From positions 13,864 to 77,863 of the forward strand of contig JBBRHV010000001.1 in assembly GCA_038222225.1 (NCBI GenBank): a DNA stretch of 64,000 nucleotides, in the 5' to 3' direction. The position numbers and the translations under genes were made by a program. How positions within the stretch are numbered: position 1 is the stretch's first letter; each line of letters begins with the position of its first letter. The notes beneath the pieces are model-generated. The model worked only from the letters and a program-made list of their open reading frames with translations, did no database searches and had not been told where the DNA came from. Origin of the DNA: Candidatus Omnitrophota bacterium. Lineage in GTDB: Bacteria; Omnitrophota; Gorgyraeia; Zapsychrales; JANLHA01. Shown here in pieces: positions 39,101 to 54,100 of the stretch.

Positions 39101-42100
39101 GTTTAAAATGAACGAGAAAGACTGGTTTGAAACAGTTGAAAAGATGGTGAATGAGGGCGCCCTGGAAGAACGGTTGTCGTATACTCACGTTTTAGATCCG
39201 AAGATGGCCACCAAAGTTGCGATGGCAAAATTAAATGATCAGTTTGAACTCCTTAAGAAAAACAATCTGATGAACGGTAGATCGCAGGAAGAGGTCCAGA
39301 AATTGGCCTTAGCGGCTTACCGCGTTGGAATGGATGCGGTTGTTAAGGAAGGAAAAGTTCCGGCTGAGGCGCAAAAATTTGTTGAGCAGGTCATGGCCAA
39401 GTATCGCCAGTCTCTTAAAAAGTTCCGCGCCGCAGACGGTTTGGAAGTTATCTATGGGCTGTCTAAACCCACGCCGGAGATTCCGGTCTTTACGCCATAC
39501 ACCAACGGCCTTGAACTCATCGGCATTCATGCTGGGTTGCAAGTTGCTGTTTCGGCTGATGCGAAAACCGTTGTCCTGGAAAAAGTTGAACAGCGGGATC
39601 AGGATGGAAAGAGCCGCAAGAATATGAGCTTTGCGACGCAGCTCACAGCAGATTTAAAAGTTGAGACGGCAGCGGACGGCACACGGACATTGATCCTTGA
39701 CCGCAGCCATTATGAGCTCAACGAGAATCAATTGCCTAACGCCTTCGTGCCGTTGATGGAGCAGTTTGGCGTCACGAGAATCATCATCCGCGGCAAACAG
39801 CCTCTTGAATATTTCAAAGAAAAAGACGGAACGATCAATTTCAAGCGGTTCCTGCAGACAGGGGCGACTGGTCAAACATACCGTGAAGCCGGCTATTATG
39901 GCACAAGCGTTGATATGAGCGACTGGACAGTCACAGTTCAGGTTCCGTTTGCATCTCCGGTCCGTACACCGGTTGCAGGAACCGTTGCGGAAGAACCGGT
40001 GCTGACAGCTAACGGCTGGAGAATTATGATCAAGGCCGAGAACAATATTGAAACAATTTTCTCGGACTTAGGTGAAGTTTCCGTCAAGGCCGGACAGGAA
40101 CTCAAGACCGGAGATATTTTAGGTCTGGCCGGGCAGTTCAAGACAGCCGTTAAAACAGAATATCATTTCCGCGCTCAAGTTGTGGAGGATGCTAAACCTG
40201 AACATAAGCATGTAAATCTTTTGAAAGAAAATGATACAGACTCTACAATCGAAAAGATCCGCCTGGCCTTTGTGAAGAATTTCAACCTCGATCAGGCGGA
40301 AGTTGATTTCTATACAGGCAAAACTGAAACCGCTGCCGAACGCCAAGCTAAAGCAGAACGTGCCATTGAAGAGAATAACGCGAACATTGAAAAGGGTCAG
40401 GCTGAAATTGAGAAACAAAAAATCGCTGTTAAGCAAGCCAACGATCCTGAACAGATCAGACGCAGAGAACAGAATGCGGTTGGGTTCTATTTATTCGGTA
40501 AACGAGATTGGGATTCCGCTAATCCGTTCGGAGGCGCAACCGCCAGCCGTACGATGTCTGATGCTTTATACGGCGCACCAGTCAACAAAGGTAATCTGTG
40601 GGTCGGGGTTGGGTTTAATTCCATTTACTCAACCGCAGTCGGCGGCCCGTCGATTAGCTTGGGAGATAGAACACTTTCGTTTGATTCTTCCTTCGGAATC
40701 AGCAACAACGCTTTAGGTCAGTGGGGTCAGATAGCCGGCCAGGCATTTGGGTTTGAAGATGTTTTGAGCAAGGGAGTGACCTCAACAGCTTTATGGGGTG
40801 TAACAGCCGCAGACATAACATTGTCGCTTCGTGACACATATTTCGATCAAAGAAATCGTTTACCGCAGTTCGGTGGCACAGAACTCTTTGATCAGGGATG
40901 GATCTTTAACAAGCCGTGGAAGCTGGCTTTGGATACATCAGAAGTTGTGCCGAACGCCCGCGCTATCAACGGTGAATGGGTCAGCAATCCATATCATCAT
41001 ACAGATTTACCGGCGGCACGCATCTTGGAGTACCCGAACAAACTCTTCAAGGGATTATTAACGTTTGATATTTTCACGTCTGATTTCTGGAAAGATAATC
41101 CGCTGCACAAACCGTATGAAGCTATCTGGCATGAAGGCTGGATGCAGCGTGAATGGAGCAAGAGCGCGTTTGAAAATCTTGACCAAAGCAGAATTTCGGC
41201 CTTCAGCCGTCTGTCGGGAAGTCCGGAAGAATTGATTTACGGCCGGGTGAGCTTGGACGGCAGAGAGCTTTCTTACACAGAAAACATGAAGGAATTCCCA
41301 TACCTCAGATATGATTCAGCTACAGGCGATTATGCGGTTCGTGAATTCTTTGAAAAGTCGCAGAACTGGAGACGCAATGTTGAGCCAGGCACATTGAACA
41401 TTGCCCTATCACGCGCGGCGATGTTGAATCTTCCGGACCTCAGACAACAGTTCATTTTAGGTCAGGCTATTGACGGATATACAGTGAATCCGCTCACCGG
41501 AAAAGTTTATGATCCGACGTTTGGATCCTTAGGCCGACCGATGCTGTTTGATTACTTCGGTGTTCCGAGTTTCGGAACAACACATTATCTTGACCGGGAA
41601 ACGGAAAAAATTCCCGGCGATCCGCGCTATGCATGGAATTACACCGATGACCAAGGCAACGTTAAGCAGGCTTACTCTTCATATTTGAGAACGCCTCTCG
41701 CCGGAGGAATCGATCTTGGTTTTGATGTTAAGCAAAACCCGGGTGAAACAGGATTGTTAGTTGTCTTTAATGCGGATGGGTCATTGAAAGAGACAAAGCG
41801 TTTGACCGAGGATCTAAGCAGCTTCTCTTATACAGCACTCACCACGGAGAATAAGAGCAAAACGACAATGAACATCCATAAGAAATTGACCTTAGATACT
41901 TACGAAAAGGCAAAAGACGGAACTTTCTCAGATCAGGCTAAACATACTGAAATTCCGTTTGCCGGATTGCAGGTGGTTGTTAAACATAAGGGCCTGACCA
42001 ACACTGTTTTTGAAGCTGAAAAAGGCCAGAAGACAACCGATACGGTTTGGGCCCTGGCAGACGGGAAATTTGTGAAAGGTGAGATCGCGGTCGTGGTTCC

Positions 42101-45100
42101 GTTCCCGGCTAAAGAGAGAATTCCTTACGGACGCATGTTCTCCGAAGGCAGAATGTATTATCTGTATACCTCCAAAGATTATAATGTTCATCCGAAGGTT
42201 GAGAACGAAGATGTCTACGGCTTAAGCATTCAGGTCGTGGATGCCACGGGCAAAGTGGTCCGTGATGAGCCGATCAGAAACCAGGGCCAGCTTAAGACTA
42301 TGCTCGGCGTTGGCGTTGAAGGGGTATTTAAGCTTTTTGAATTAGGGGCCAATGCCGATAACATTTATGTGACGATGGATGATAAACAGGTCTACGCGGT
42401 GGAATTAGGCGACACCAATGAAGCGATCAAGAAAGACAATCTTCCGCCGATACGGGAAGTTTCGGTCCGTCTCCAGCAGGATCCGAAGCCCGAACGCGTT
42501 GAGCAATTCGGCGACACGTTGATGAAGGCCGGCACGGAATATAAGATCTCCGTTGAAGACTTAAATAAATGGGTCCAATCTTTAAAAATCGAAGGATTGA
42601 ATTCAAAAGAGACAGCGGAATTGCTGGCCAATGTTAAGAAATTCGACGGCATTTCAAAGCACCGCACAGCAAAATCAGAGGCTGCCAATAAAGCGTATGA
42701 GATCTTAAAGAAGATGCAGGAGAACGCAGGCAAAGCAGCGTTCAATGCTCATGCCAAAGCTTTCAACCAGGTCATGCGCTCTCTGGCAGACCAGGACGAG
42801 AAGATGGTCTCGATGAACTCCTTAGAGCGCGTTCTGATCCTGGTTGCCCGCGACAGAGCCGCGGTCAACAACGAGACCGATGATGACGGCAGCAAGTTTA
42901 TGGCGTATCTCAAAGCGGAAGCCAAAAAGTACGGGTTCGGTAATGTGATCAAACGTGAGATCGCCGCCTACTTCGGACGCGCGACCGCTTCGATCTTAGG
43001 TAAGCCGGAGTGGCATAACAAAGAGATCGCTCAATTAGGCCAGGCCATCGATCGCAATATCAATCTGCAGGATCCGAATTTTATCTCCGCTGCTGACGCC
43101 TATGCATTAGACACAGAAGAAAAGCCGATCGGAGAGCGCATTCAATACATTGACAATCAATTAAACGGTTATACGGACGCAAATGGTGTCGAGCATGTCG
43201 GATTAAGTACGCGCAGAACACAGTTGGAAACGATCCGTGATACACGCGCTTGGGAGAATCCGGATGAAGAAGTGGATCTGCTGTTTGATTACGCAACAGA
43301 AGTTGTTCCGGGGATCGAAAGAAACCGCGCGCAGCTGCGGGAACTGCAAAACAACTCCTTGGGTTACTGGACGAGAGAAAATCAAAGAGCCCAAGCGATG
43401 CTGACAGACAGAAATTATGGAGGCGAATCGTATCGTGCGTATGTGACCTATACCCAGTCGATGATTGATATGGTAAATCGGGAGATCGCGCTAACACGGC
43501 AGGCATTAAGGATCCTCGAGCGGCACCAGAATGTTTATGTCGCGTTAGGTCAGAACGGCTATCAAGCAGCTGGATGGCAGAGCGCAGGCCGCTTGGTTCA
43601 GGATCAGATCGATATGGTTAATACGCAAATTAGCATTTTCAACGAACAGCGCACCATGCTGGTTGACGCACAAGAGGCCGGCACCATTCCTAATTTCAAG
43701 AAACTGAGATTGATTCCGTACAACCGCACAGATGACCTTCCGAAAGATGTCAAAACAATTCCTGAGACGTTTACCTGGTTAAGAGGCGAGCGCGATGAGT
43801 TCGGCAACCAGACTTCAAATGGACGCATAGACAATATCGCTAGAGATTACCAATACTTTACGGATGGTATTTTGCACACGTCAGGTCCGGACGGCATTTA
43901 CAGTCAAGACGTCGTCAATCTGGCCCGCGACTTCCAGAGAACATTGAGAGATCCGGATTATCAATACAGCAGAGGCGCCTGGCTGGATAATACAACCGTG
44001 ATTTCCGAATACGCATTATATAACGATCCGGAATTCGGGCTGCTTACTCAATTAAGCAGAGATACCGCTCTTCAGAACGGCACCTCAACGGAGACGCCGT
44101 TACAGGTTTTGGAACGCCAGCTTGCTTATCAGAGAAAATTGCAGCTCCTCTATCAGACCCGCGCCGACCTCCAGAATGATATGGCAGCCTTGATCGAAAG
44201 CGGCAATTACTACAGGACGCCGGAGATCGCCAATCGCATCAACAAGATCATTGATAATGAGCGTACATTTGCTTTAAATTCATTATCAACGGTTGAGAAA
44301 TTCAGCGGCGCCGGTAATTCGTTGCGCGAAATGAATGAGGCCTTAAGCAGCTTAAATGACGCCTTGGTCATGGAGCTGAATGAGAAGGCAGAGCTCAGCC
44401 AATACGCTCAGGCCGTGGAGGTGCTGGTCAAACAGGTTGGCAGCAACTTAGAGGATTACAGCAAGGCTTGGACGCAATTCAACGATCAGTTGCTTGCTAT
44501 ACGCGCTCAATTGGTTGCCAAGGTTCGGGCCAGCAACCTGGCCGAAACCGTGAAGCTTGAAAAGATCAAGAACATTGATCTGTTCCTGGCTAATCTTTCC
44601 GCGAAACACGCGCCGCAAAAAGATGTGTATGTGGCCGGTCGATATTTTGTTTACGGTGAGTCAGCTGGAAAAGACGCCATGCGCACCTCCGGCACCAACG
44701 AATCCGGAGACGTGGGTGCAGTGAAAGTGGCGCAGACAGGCGATTTCGCCACATACCGTCAGTTCAATTTAAGAGATGTGGCCAGCGGCAACATGATCCA
44801 TGTCGGCCAGGTTCAGTCAGCTGCTCCCGGCGCTGCTCAGAATTCTTATGCTGTCGGAATCATCAACCTGACGCCGGAAACTCAAAACAGCTTGTTCAAT
44901 ATTGGAGTTGGCCCGTCAAAGAGCTATCGTTATCTGCAGAGCGCTGACCCGGATAAAAAGGGTAAAGGCATGACCGAACACGCTGGATTGGTTTTCAGCG
45001 ATGTTGCTATCAGAGATGGAAAATTGACACTGACAGCCAGCGGCATCCTGAAGGCCAATGTCAACGGCGACAATGGAATGACCGGAGGCGTGACGGCCGG

Positions 45101-48100
45101 CGCATATTATCAGTTCAACGATCGCACCCAGGTCAAGCTTGAAATGGGTGTTAGCGGTTCCGGCCGCACAACAGATGCAGAGCTTACGGCGATCGACACA
45201 TTCACCGGAAAGCAAATTTTCAAGGATACCGTTAAGATCAATAACACCGACTGGTTTGATTATCAGAAGATGACCTTTACGCATGCCTTGAATAAAAATT
45301 TGTCGCTCCGCTTCTCCGGAAGCCGTGAATTTGAACAGGGCGCCATGGGCATTGCCGAAGATGTGACATCCTATTTTGGCACAATCGGGGCTGATTGGAA
45401 ATTCGGCGATCTTCTCATGAAGGACGACAAACTTCTGATTTCAGCGGATTATGGGTTTAACGCCAACCGTGAAGCCGGCGATCGCACTCGTCTCATGCTG
45501 CAGTATCAGCAATTCTATACCTCTGTTGGCATGTTCGGCGAGGCACTGTATTACAATGCCGGCATCAAGTTAACGGATTCCTTAGTCGCTGAATTCGGCC
45601 AGCAGAAGACCGGCGATCTTTACGGACGTTTAGGATATGATCACAGCGGTTTGCGTTGGGATGCCGGTCTTACTGGTCAGGGCCAGGTCAGCAGCGGATT
45701 AAAAGTAGACCTTTTGAATATGCCTGGATTCCTGACCAAGCTCTTTAAGATCGAAACACCGGAAAACTTCAAGATGCCGGAACTGCATACCCGCAAACTT
45801 CAGACATTACAGGAGAAGATCATCTTCGCTCCGTTGGCAGAGGCACAGCATCAGACGGTCCAGATGAACGTTAATAAGACGGAAGCCACCAAAGACATCG
45901 CTAAATATACAACGCTTGTCAACGCAGTGAATGGACATGATGTGATTCCCGGCCAGCATGCCATTGCCGCTGACATCAAGATTTTAACGGATCCGAATAT
46001 TTCAGCCGAGGCGATGCCGCTGTACGGTCCGTCACCATTTGGATTAACACAGGCGGATAAGACGTATACAATGCGCTTTGTTGATCTGACACCAGAACAG
46101 CTGACCAAATACGGCATCGGCAAATATCCGAAAGAAGAAAGATTCTACATCCGCAGCACTTGGATCGATGCGCAAGGCCGTACGCAATCATTCAGTCAGG
46201 AATTTGCCGCGCAAGGCCTGGTGATCTTAACCGAGAACATTGACAAGTTAAGCGTTGAGACTCAGAAGGCGCTGGGCACATACCGCAACATTATTCCGGT
46301 CAAGCTCACCAACGCCGGTTATGAAGCGACCAAGGACGCACGCTTCGGAATGGTCGCCGGGCAGACGATCACAGCTGAAGATTTCGCTCTTTGGCTAGAT
46401 AACACTGTTGATAATGGAACGATCTCAAGCCGCGTGATGAGCCAGGTTGATCCGAAGACCGGCGAACCGGCACGTCAGCTGTTCCTGGCCAAAGACGGCA
46501 AAGTCACATCCTTAGACCTTACGAAGGAAGGGTATGATGCGATCGATAAATACACTGAGAACAAAATTTTGGTTCCTGTGGAAAGCGGATTAACAGTATA
46601 TTTGACCGGTGCAGAAGCACTTCAGTGGATCTTGGATGGCAAGTTGATTTATATGAAAAATATAGATCCTAAGATTGACGCTACACATGTTTTAGCAACG
46701 GCTGATGGGAAATTAGTCGGTTACGGTGATGCCATTGTGAAAGGAAAGTATTTGGTTCCGGAAATCGAAGCGTTTATGAAGGACAAGGTCTTGGTTCCGT
46801 TAAAGGGCGTCCGGTCTTCAACAGCTTATTTAACCGGAGCAGAAGCACTTCAGTGGATCTTGGACGGCAAACTAATCTACATTGAAAATACAGATCCTAA
46901 TATTGATGCTACACATGTCTTGGCAACAGCTGATGGAGAGCTGGTCGGTTACGGAAATGCTTTGATTGACGCCGGTTATATGATTCCGGAAGTTGAAGAA
47001 TTCATGAAAGACAAGGTTGGAGTTTTGACCTCCGAAGGAAGCCGTTACTTGACAGTTGACCAGTTTGAAGCGCAGAAAGAGGCTTTGGATGCTGCTTATC
47101 GTCCGAATGCAGAAGGCAAGATGATCCTTTCAGTCCCGGCTCCGAAGCAGACAAAGTTTAGAGTAACCACTTTCGAATCTGAAGGAGAAAAATATGTCGG
47201 CGTCAAGCTTCCTACAGAGATCGAAAAGAGAAATAAGGCGATGGATGACGGGCGGGCATATTTTGAGAACGGCCAGTTCATTATCCAGGATGCCGGCAAT
47301 GAGGCCAATCGTATCGTCGGCACCATAGCCGGAGAAAAATTGCTTGAACCGGCAGCTTATGTCACAAAGGCGACCGTGCCGCAGATGAAGTATAAAGAGG
47401 GAGAACAGGTTTTTGTTAAGGGTAAGGGTTATGCATATTATGAGAAAACATTGACCGGGAAATATGAGCCGACCGCAAAAGTGATCTACAACGCCGAGAA
47501 AGACGCAAAGGTTCCGGGTTATCTACCGCTCAAGAGAGTTGTCGTGATCTTACCGAACAGAGCAGCGCAGATTGAAGGGGAACTCCTCTTGAACAAATTC
47601 GGAGCAGTGGAAATTAGCTCGATCCAAAAGAGATATTATTTTGTTATCGGTGAAGACAAAGTAGGCGCCTATGTTCCAGTTGATGAATTGGTCAACCGAC
47701 GCTCAGAATTTATAAGTAAAGTTCAAGAGATCGTTCGATATGGCGACACCTTAGAGCGAATCTATTTGGATGCCAGCGCAGCTGACGGTCAGGTGGATGA
47801 AAACGATAAAGTCACGATTGTACGCAGCAACAGCCGTACTGACATTTACCGATTAGGACAATATACTATCGACGCCAGTGGAAAACTCACCTTAACAGGT
47901 GATCCGATCGGCGAAGACCTTCTTCTTGCTCCTGAGGCGGATGGTTCGATTAAGGCTCAATTGATATATGGAATTCAGCCGTTCGTGATCCCGGCTGCGG
48001 AAGTTAAAAACAACACATATCATTTGAACAGAGATTTCTATTATCAGAGAGAAACCATCAATGTCTATAATGCTGAAGACAAGCAAATCCGACAGATCAT

Positions 48101-51100
48101 GCCGTTAAGCGATACGATTATTTATTTATCGCCAAAGGATGGTTATGCAACGCATGTGACAGATTTGAGCGGCAATCTCAGAATTGTTTCTCAGACAGTC
48201 GAACGAGTGGAGAATGGCGAAAAGGTCGTTGAGACAACAGATGTTCAGGTGGATGGGAAGAACAATGGATTCGCAATGGTCAAGAGGACCACCTATAAGA
48301 ACGGCGCATTGCGCGAGATTTTGGTCGGGGTTATGAAGCTTGCCAATAAATATGATCTGAGCCAGCCGTTCCCGACAGTTAAGCCGGAGATCTTCACGCT
48401 TAGAGATTCTTATTCTCAATCTGAGCGCAGAGTTGATATTCGAACCAACGGCGAATGGCATGAAGGATGGAGAATTTATGGAAAGATCAACAAGCATATT
48501 CAGCGGTTAGAGGCTCAGCAAACCCGGACAGTTGAAGAGGATCGACAGCTTGCAGCATTGCGACAGGCGCAGACATTTGTGGATAAATTCACTCCGTCGA
48601 CTAAAGAGGCCTTAGATGCGCTGGCTGGAAGAGGAATTCAGCTGAATGTTCAGTTAAGCCCGAAAAACAGCGTTGCTGTAAACAAAGACACAGTTCTTAC
48701 GCCTACGGTTGTGGTGTTCCCGAATCAGGTTATATCCATTGATTGGCGCTTAGATAACGATATTTTAAATCGCAAGCTTATCACTGTACGCGCAGCTCAG
48801 GGCCGTATTGTAGAGATGATTGTCGGAACCGAATTTGATCAGCGAAGCGGAGAGGTTACAAAGACGTATACATTGACATCCGACGCCCAGATCAAGAGCC
48901 GGTTTGAAACAGCTCCTGCTCCGGAAAGAGCTGACAATATCTTTACTGGGCTCATTGTTAAGAGCTTTGCAGAGGTTGCGCATAAGCGATTCTCGGATGA
49001 GACCGCTAACCTGTGGAAGTTCTTAGAATATCATGGCGTGTCTCAAGCAACGCCGCTGACAGTCTTAAAAGAAACACCATATTTACCGGATGAAACCGGA
49101 AGATATACAGAAAAAGAAGGCGCAGCAACAACGCATTATCTGATCCCGGATGACAGCCGCGGCCGAAGCTTGACTGTGGTTTATCCGACTGAAGATCAGA
49201 GTTTGAACTTATGGCAATTTGAAGGCCGGGAGGTTCGCATAACCAATGGTAAAGAGCGAAAAGTGACCTTCGGCGTCGGCGTCACTCCAGGAAACATCAC
49301 ATTTAAGAAGGACGGAAGCTTGCGCGGTATTGAAATCTATCACACAACCGTGCGCGAACAGCAGATCAATATTTCCTATACTCAAAAGGTCGTGGAAAAC
49401 GGCACGACTCATGAACGCGAATATACTGTTACGAAAGAAAAAGACGGGGCGCTTAAATTAGTGGTTAAGCAGGATGGAAACACGATCGCTTTAGCGGTTG
49501 GAAATGAATATGAGGTCCTGGACTCAGGCTTAAAGAAGAATGTTTTCTTTACACAGGGCGGTCAATTATTAGCAGAGAGCCATCAAAAGGTCGTTGGCCA
49601 GATCCTCAAAGAGATTTTGGGTGTTCAGGTTCTCGGCGAAAAGATCACGATCTATGATGTTCTTTCACCGTATAGACGTCCAGTGTTCTCGTTCGATCTG
49701 GAAGGCAATCTTGTAGACGAATATCTGGAGCAGGAGTTCAGCATCGGCGAAGAAGTGAAGCTTGATGGAACAAAGACATATGTTCAGAAAACAAAACTCC
49801 GCGTTATAGAGCCGGAAGGATACGCGCCGGATAAGAGGTATGAACAGGAATATCATTATACCGGCGACAAGATTGATTCCAAGGCGCGCCCGGGTCTGTG
49901 GCAAAAGTGGGCGGAAGATTCGTCTTCCTGGATGAATATTTCTAAATTGTGTGGCTTGTTTGTCTTCCTTGCTTTCGGTGTCGGCAGGCTTTGGTCCTGG
50001 ATCGGAAACATTGTCCGCTGGATCAAAGGTGTTAGAAAAGGTAAGACTCAGCCGGATTCAATTACACTGCAGTATACGCCTGAAGAGATCGAAGCGGTTC
50101 TTGAAGCGATCAAGAATCTGCCGGATTACGGATGGCAGTCTGGCATTGCGGATCAGGCCCGGGAAGCCGTTGGGGCAGAATTCAAACGAAGATTGTATGC
50201 CGGTGAGCGTGTGGAAGATATCGTGAAAGACCATTTCAGTTATTACAGAAAGAACTGGTTTATACCGGTCATGGGTAATACGAAGGATAAGGATGCGATC
50301 CTAACTGCGGATGAATTTAAAGCTCAGCTGGCTGAGATCGATGCCTATGGCGTTAAAGAAATGTACATCAATTCTATGACAAAGATCGGAGCAGATAAGC
50401 TGTCTTATGTATCTCTCTCCACGGGCGCTGCATTGTTCTGGATCGCTATGCAGAGATATAAAAAGGCGAGAGCTGATGGAGATAAGGTTGACGCGCCTGA
50501 CGCGCCGAGCGCTACCAATGCGAGCGTCAATCTCGGACATGAGATTGAATTTAAACATGTTGGAATATTCTCTAAGTTATTGACTCTTCATAATGGAAAG
50601 TCAAAAAGTGAGGCCATTCATCATGATGATATTGATTTGTATTTCAGGACACCAGGGTGGTTGAAGCGCTACATTACGCAAGACGATGATGGAGAGACGG
50701 GTAGAGATATCATTGCAAAAGAGGTTGCAGATCAGCTCTCTGGGGCTAAAAAGGTTGGAATCAATGAGATTCTATTGAAAGCCTATCCGGATGTCAAGAC
50801 CGGGTGGCGTGGTATTAAAGGACGGGCCCGTATGCTTACGACCATCTTGAAATATCTCAATGTCATCGTAGGGATAACCGCTATAGGGAGTTACGGGTTG
50901 GTTTGGAGCGGAACATTTTCATTGTCTGTGGCGATTTCTGCCAGCACTTTGGCCTGGTTGGGCGGACTTGTCATCTTCATTGCATTGTTGGTCGCGATCA
51001 ATTTCGGCATAAGATTTGCCGATAAAAAATGGCAAGAAAAGCTGACGTTAAAGGAACAGAAAACTTGGGATACAGTGCCTTTGGATGCAGGAATTAAGCC

Positions 51101-54100
51101 AGAAGATTATCCGAAAGGAACCAATGGACGCAACTGGCGGGCAAGGATGATTTTTGCCATTATTATAGGTATGAAGCTCATTGCGGGTCTTTATATGTTC
51201 AAGTGGTTATCTGTACCAGTTGGCATTGCCTGGAAAGGCACTGTGCTCTTGCCGGCAGTTCTGGGCGGAGGCACGTTGATCGGCGGAAACTTATTGATTG
51301 TGGGTCTGTTTGGAGTCGTTTTTGCTGGGATATTCCTGCTGGATATTTTTGCCTATTTCTATCTGGTCGAGACGGTGCTTGGGACTTGGATCGCCCGTTA
51401 TCAAGGGATCAATCGCGTGCATAGCTGGAGACGCAACTCGCTGAGCGAAGGCGCTTGGATGCTCTCTCTGTTTGGATTGCTCAAATGGGTCTTGCCGGTC
51501 AACGCCGCTCTTATTCAGCAGTATCTTTTGCTTGGTATTGGATATGTTGTTAAGAGCAGCACTGTCATTGCCTTCTTCAGTACACCGGTAGGCGGGGTCG
51601 TTATGGTTGTTGGTGTGGTCATCTTGCTATTGGCTTTAAGGGCTATTGTAAACGCAATTTTAAGTTCAATGGGATTTGAACGCATTGGGGGCGATACGTT
51701 TGTAGAAATGTTTGGTAAAGCGCAGAAACAATTTGCTAATAAAATTCTTCCGTCTTCGGTGGTCCGGCCGGATGGCACCAGGGCGGCATTGACAGCGCGT
51801 GAAAAGTTTGTGGCCTGGGTCAAGGCGTGGAACATGATCGTTCATCAGATGAGAGAAGATGATATTATCGGCGATGAAGAGGAGAAGAGATTAAGCTATA
51901 AGTTCACAGGAGAGTCTGAAGAGGATTTCTTGGAGATCACAGGTAAGATCACAGGGCCGGATCTGACGGTTACACCTAAAGACGGACGCGCACGCAAGCG
52001 CCTGCAGCATTTCATCTCTACCTTATTTATGGATATGGAGCAGACCCCGATTTGGGAGAGAATGTATTTGTTCTCTGCTGTGTGTCCAATCTTTGAAGAG
52101 CCGAATATGTATCCGTTTAAAGATAAGTCGGTTGGGGTTTACGATGCTATTAATGAAGTATACAAGACAGGAAAGACGTTCTTGACGCATATTATTTCAA
52201 AGGTTCCGCATCAGTGGCAGTATTTTATTCAGCGCATGGAAGACAAATTGCAGATTTTTACAGAAGAAATGACTGAAAAAGCAAAGACGAATCCGAAGAT
52301 CACTCAAGACATGATCGATGAGGCTGTCAGTCGTAAGCGGGATGATATTGCGGCCATGAAGGCGCTTGGTATGGGTCAGAGGCTGGTGCTTAAGGATACC
52401 GAGATGATCAATGAGGTCCGGGCCTGGGTCAGCTACCGCTTCCAGCCGTTCTCCCGTACAGCGCGCGGGATCATGACGTATCATCAAATGTATGAGTTCC
52501 AGGCTAAGGTCAATTATCCGACCGCAGAAGCTCTGAATGCCACACAGAAGATCCGGGGTGAGAAGCCGGAAGAAAAGAAGAAGAGTTACGTGCAGCGCAT
52601 TATAGACATTGTTAATGAGAAATTTGAATTTGTGGTTGGGGATTTTGTTTACGGGGGTCATCGGAATGGTACAGACGGATCTCCTGAAGCCATGCTCAGA
52701 GATGATATGCATGCGCTTATGGCCAAGTTCCCGGGAGGCATTAAGCTTGTGTATTGTGCAGCTCCAGATAAAAAGAACCCTAATTATGCACCAGTAAAAG
52801 TTGAGTATTTTGCAGGTGTTCCGACACAGGAAGATCGGGATGCCGGTGTGATTATGCATGAGTATGAGGATGAATATACTCATCAAATCACCGGATACTT
52901 GAAACAGGTCCGCGCCTTTAATATTCATAGTTATTTCTTTGCCGGCCAAGGAAAACCGGTCAACCAGAATAACATGTTCCGTTTCACCAAAGGTGAGATC
53001 ACGCAGATGATGGATATGAACCAGGATATGTATCTGGAGGAGACGTTTAAGGCGCCAAGCATGATGGAAGAGTTCCGTAAAGATCCTAAGATCGCGATCA
53101 TAGGGTTCCCTGAAGATATCTTTACAGATTACTTCAGCCCTGCCGGTGCTGTCCACGCCTTCGGAGATCGGACATTTGTCACCATGGTTCAGAGGGTCTT
53201 AGAGTTTATGGGGATCCGCTTCCATTACGGGCATCCGGACTTTGTCCGTACCAATGCCTTTAGACAGCTGGGCTTATTGAGCGCGCCGTGGGTGAACGAA
53301 GACATTTTTGGCGCGTATAAAGCCATGCTTTATGGGCAGAAAGTGATCAATCGCGAAACCATGCAGGCGGGTAAAGCGCGGGAAGCTATGTATATTGCTT
53401 TGATCGGTATTTCAGAAAAATTCGGCGCCGGCGGATCTGAACAGCCGTTGACATATATTGTTCAGCTCCTTAACCGTTCAGGCATTTTCGGATTTGCGCA
53501 AGGATTTATGCATGTGGTCGCGTCCATGGGTTATTTCTTGCGCAAGGAAGTCATCGTTCTGACAAATAACAACTATATTTTGATCCTCCTGTTCTTAGGG
53601 GTGAGCGCGTTTGCGGCCTTCCCGAACGAGTTGACATGGGGTCTGATTGGTTTATTGATGTCACAGGCCATTACCTCTACCGGATGGGCTCAGGTCTGTA
53701 TCGAAGATGGGTTGATTTTAGGAACTATTCGATTTATAAAATTGTTCCCGTCTTTGGCCATGACATACATGTCTTTGATTTATAACGCTTTTGCTCCGGG
53801 AAGCAGAAAAGCGTATGTGAATCAAGCCGGCTATGTGGCAACAGGTCGGCCTCCGGGGCTTCAGCACATGTATCCGTTCAGGCCGACGAACCATATTCTT
53901 GTTAAGTTAAGGGTCATTGCCGGCGATCTTTATGGACATGTAAACTTGAGCGGATATGCCTGGGTGGTTCCGATGGTCGCGATCTTAGTGAGCGGCCTTA
54001 TCTTGTGGCTGAATCCTGGTCAGGTGTATTCATTATTCTTTATTATGTTAATCCTGTCCAGTATGTTTGCTCCGTTTATCCTGAGCCCTGGTTCTACACC

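Noticed and set aside
52197-53156. 319-aa minus-strand ORF on the track.
   Set aside because: It is antisense to the GT48-like region, whose sense frame shows strong multi-motif Fks1 homology. The antisense translation is low-complexity with no domain features, so it is treated as spurious.
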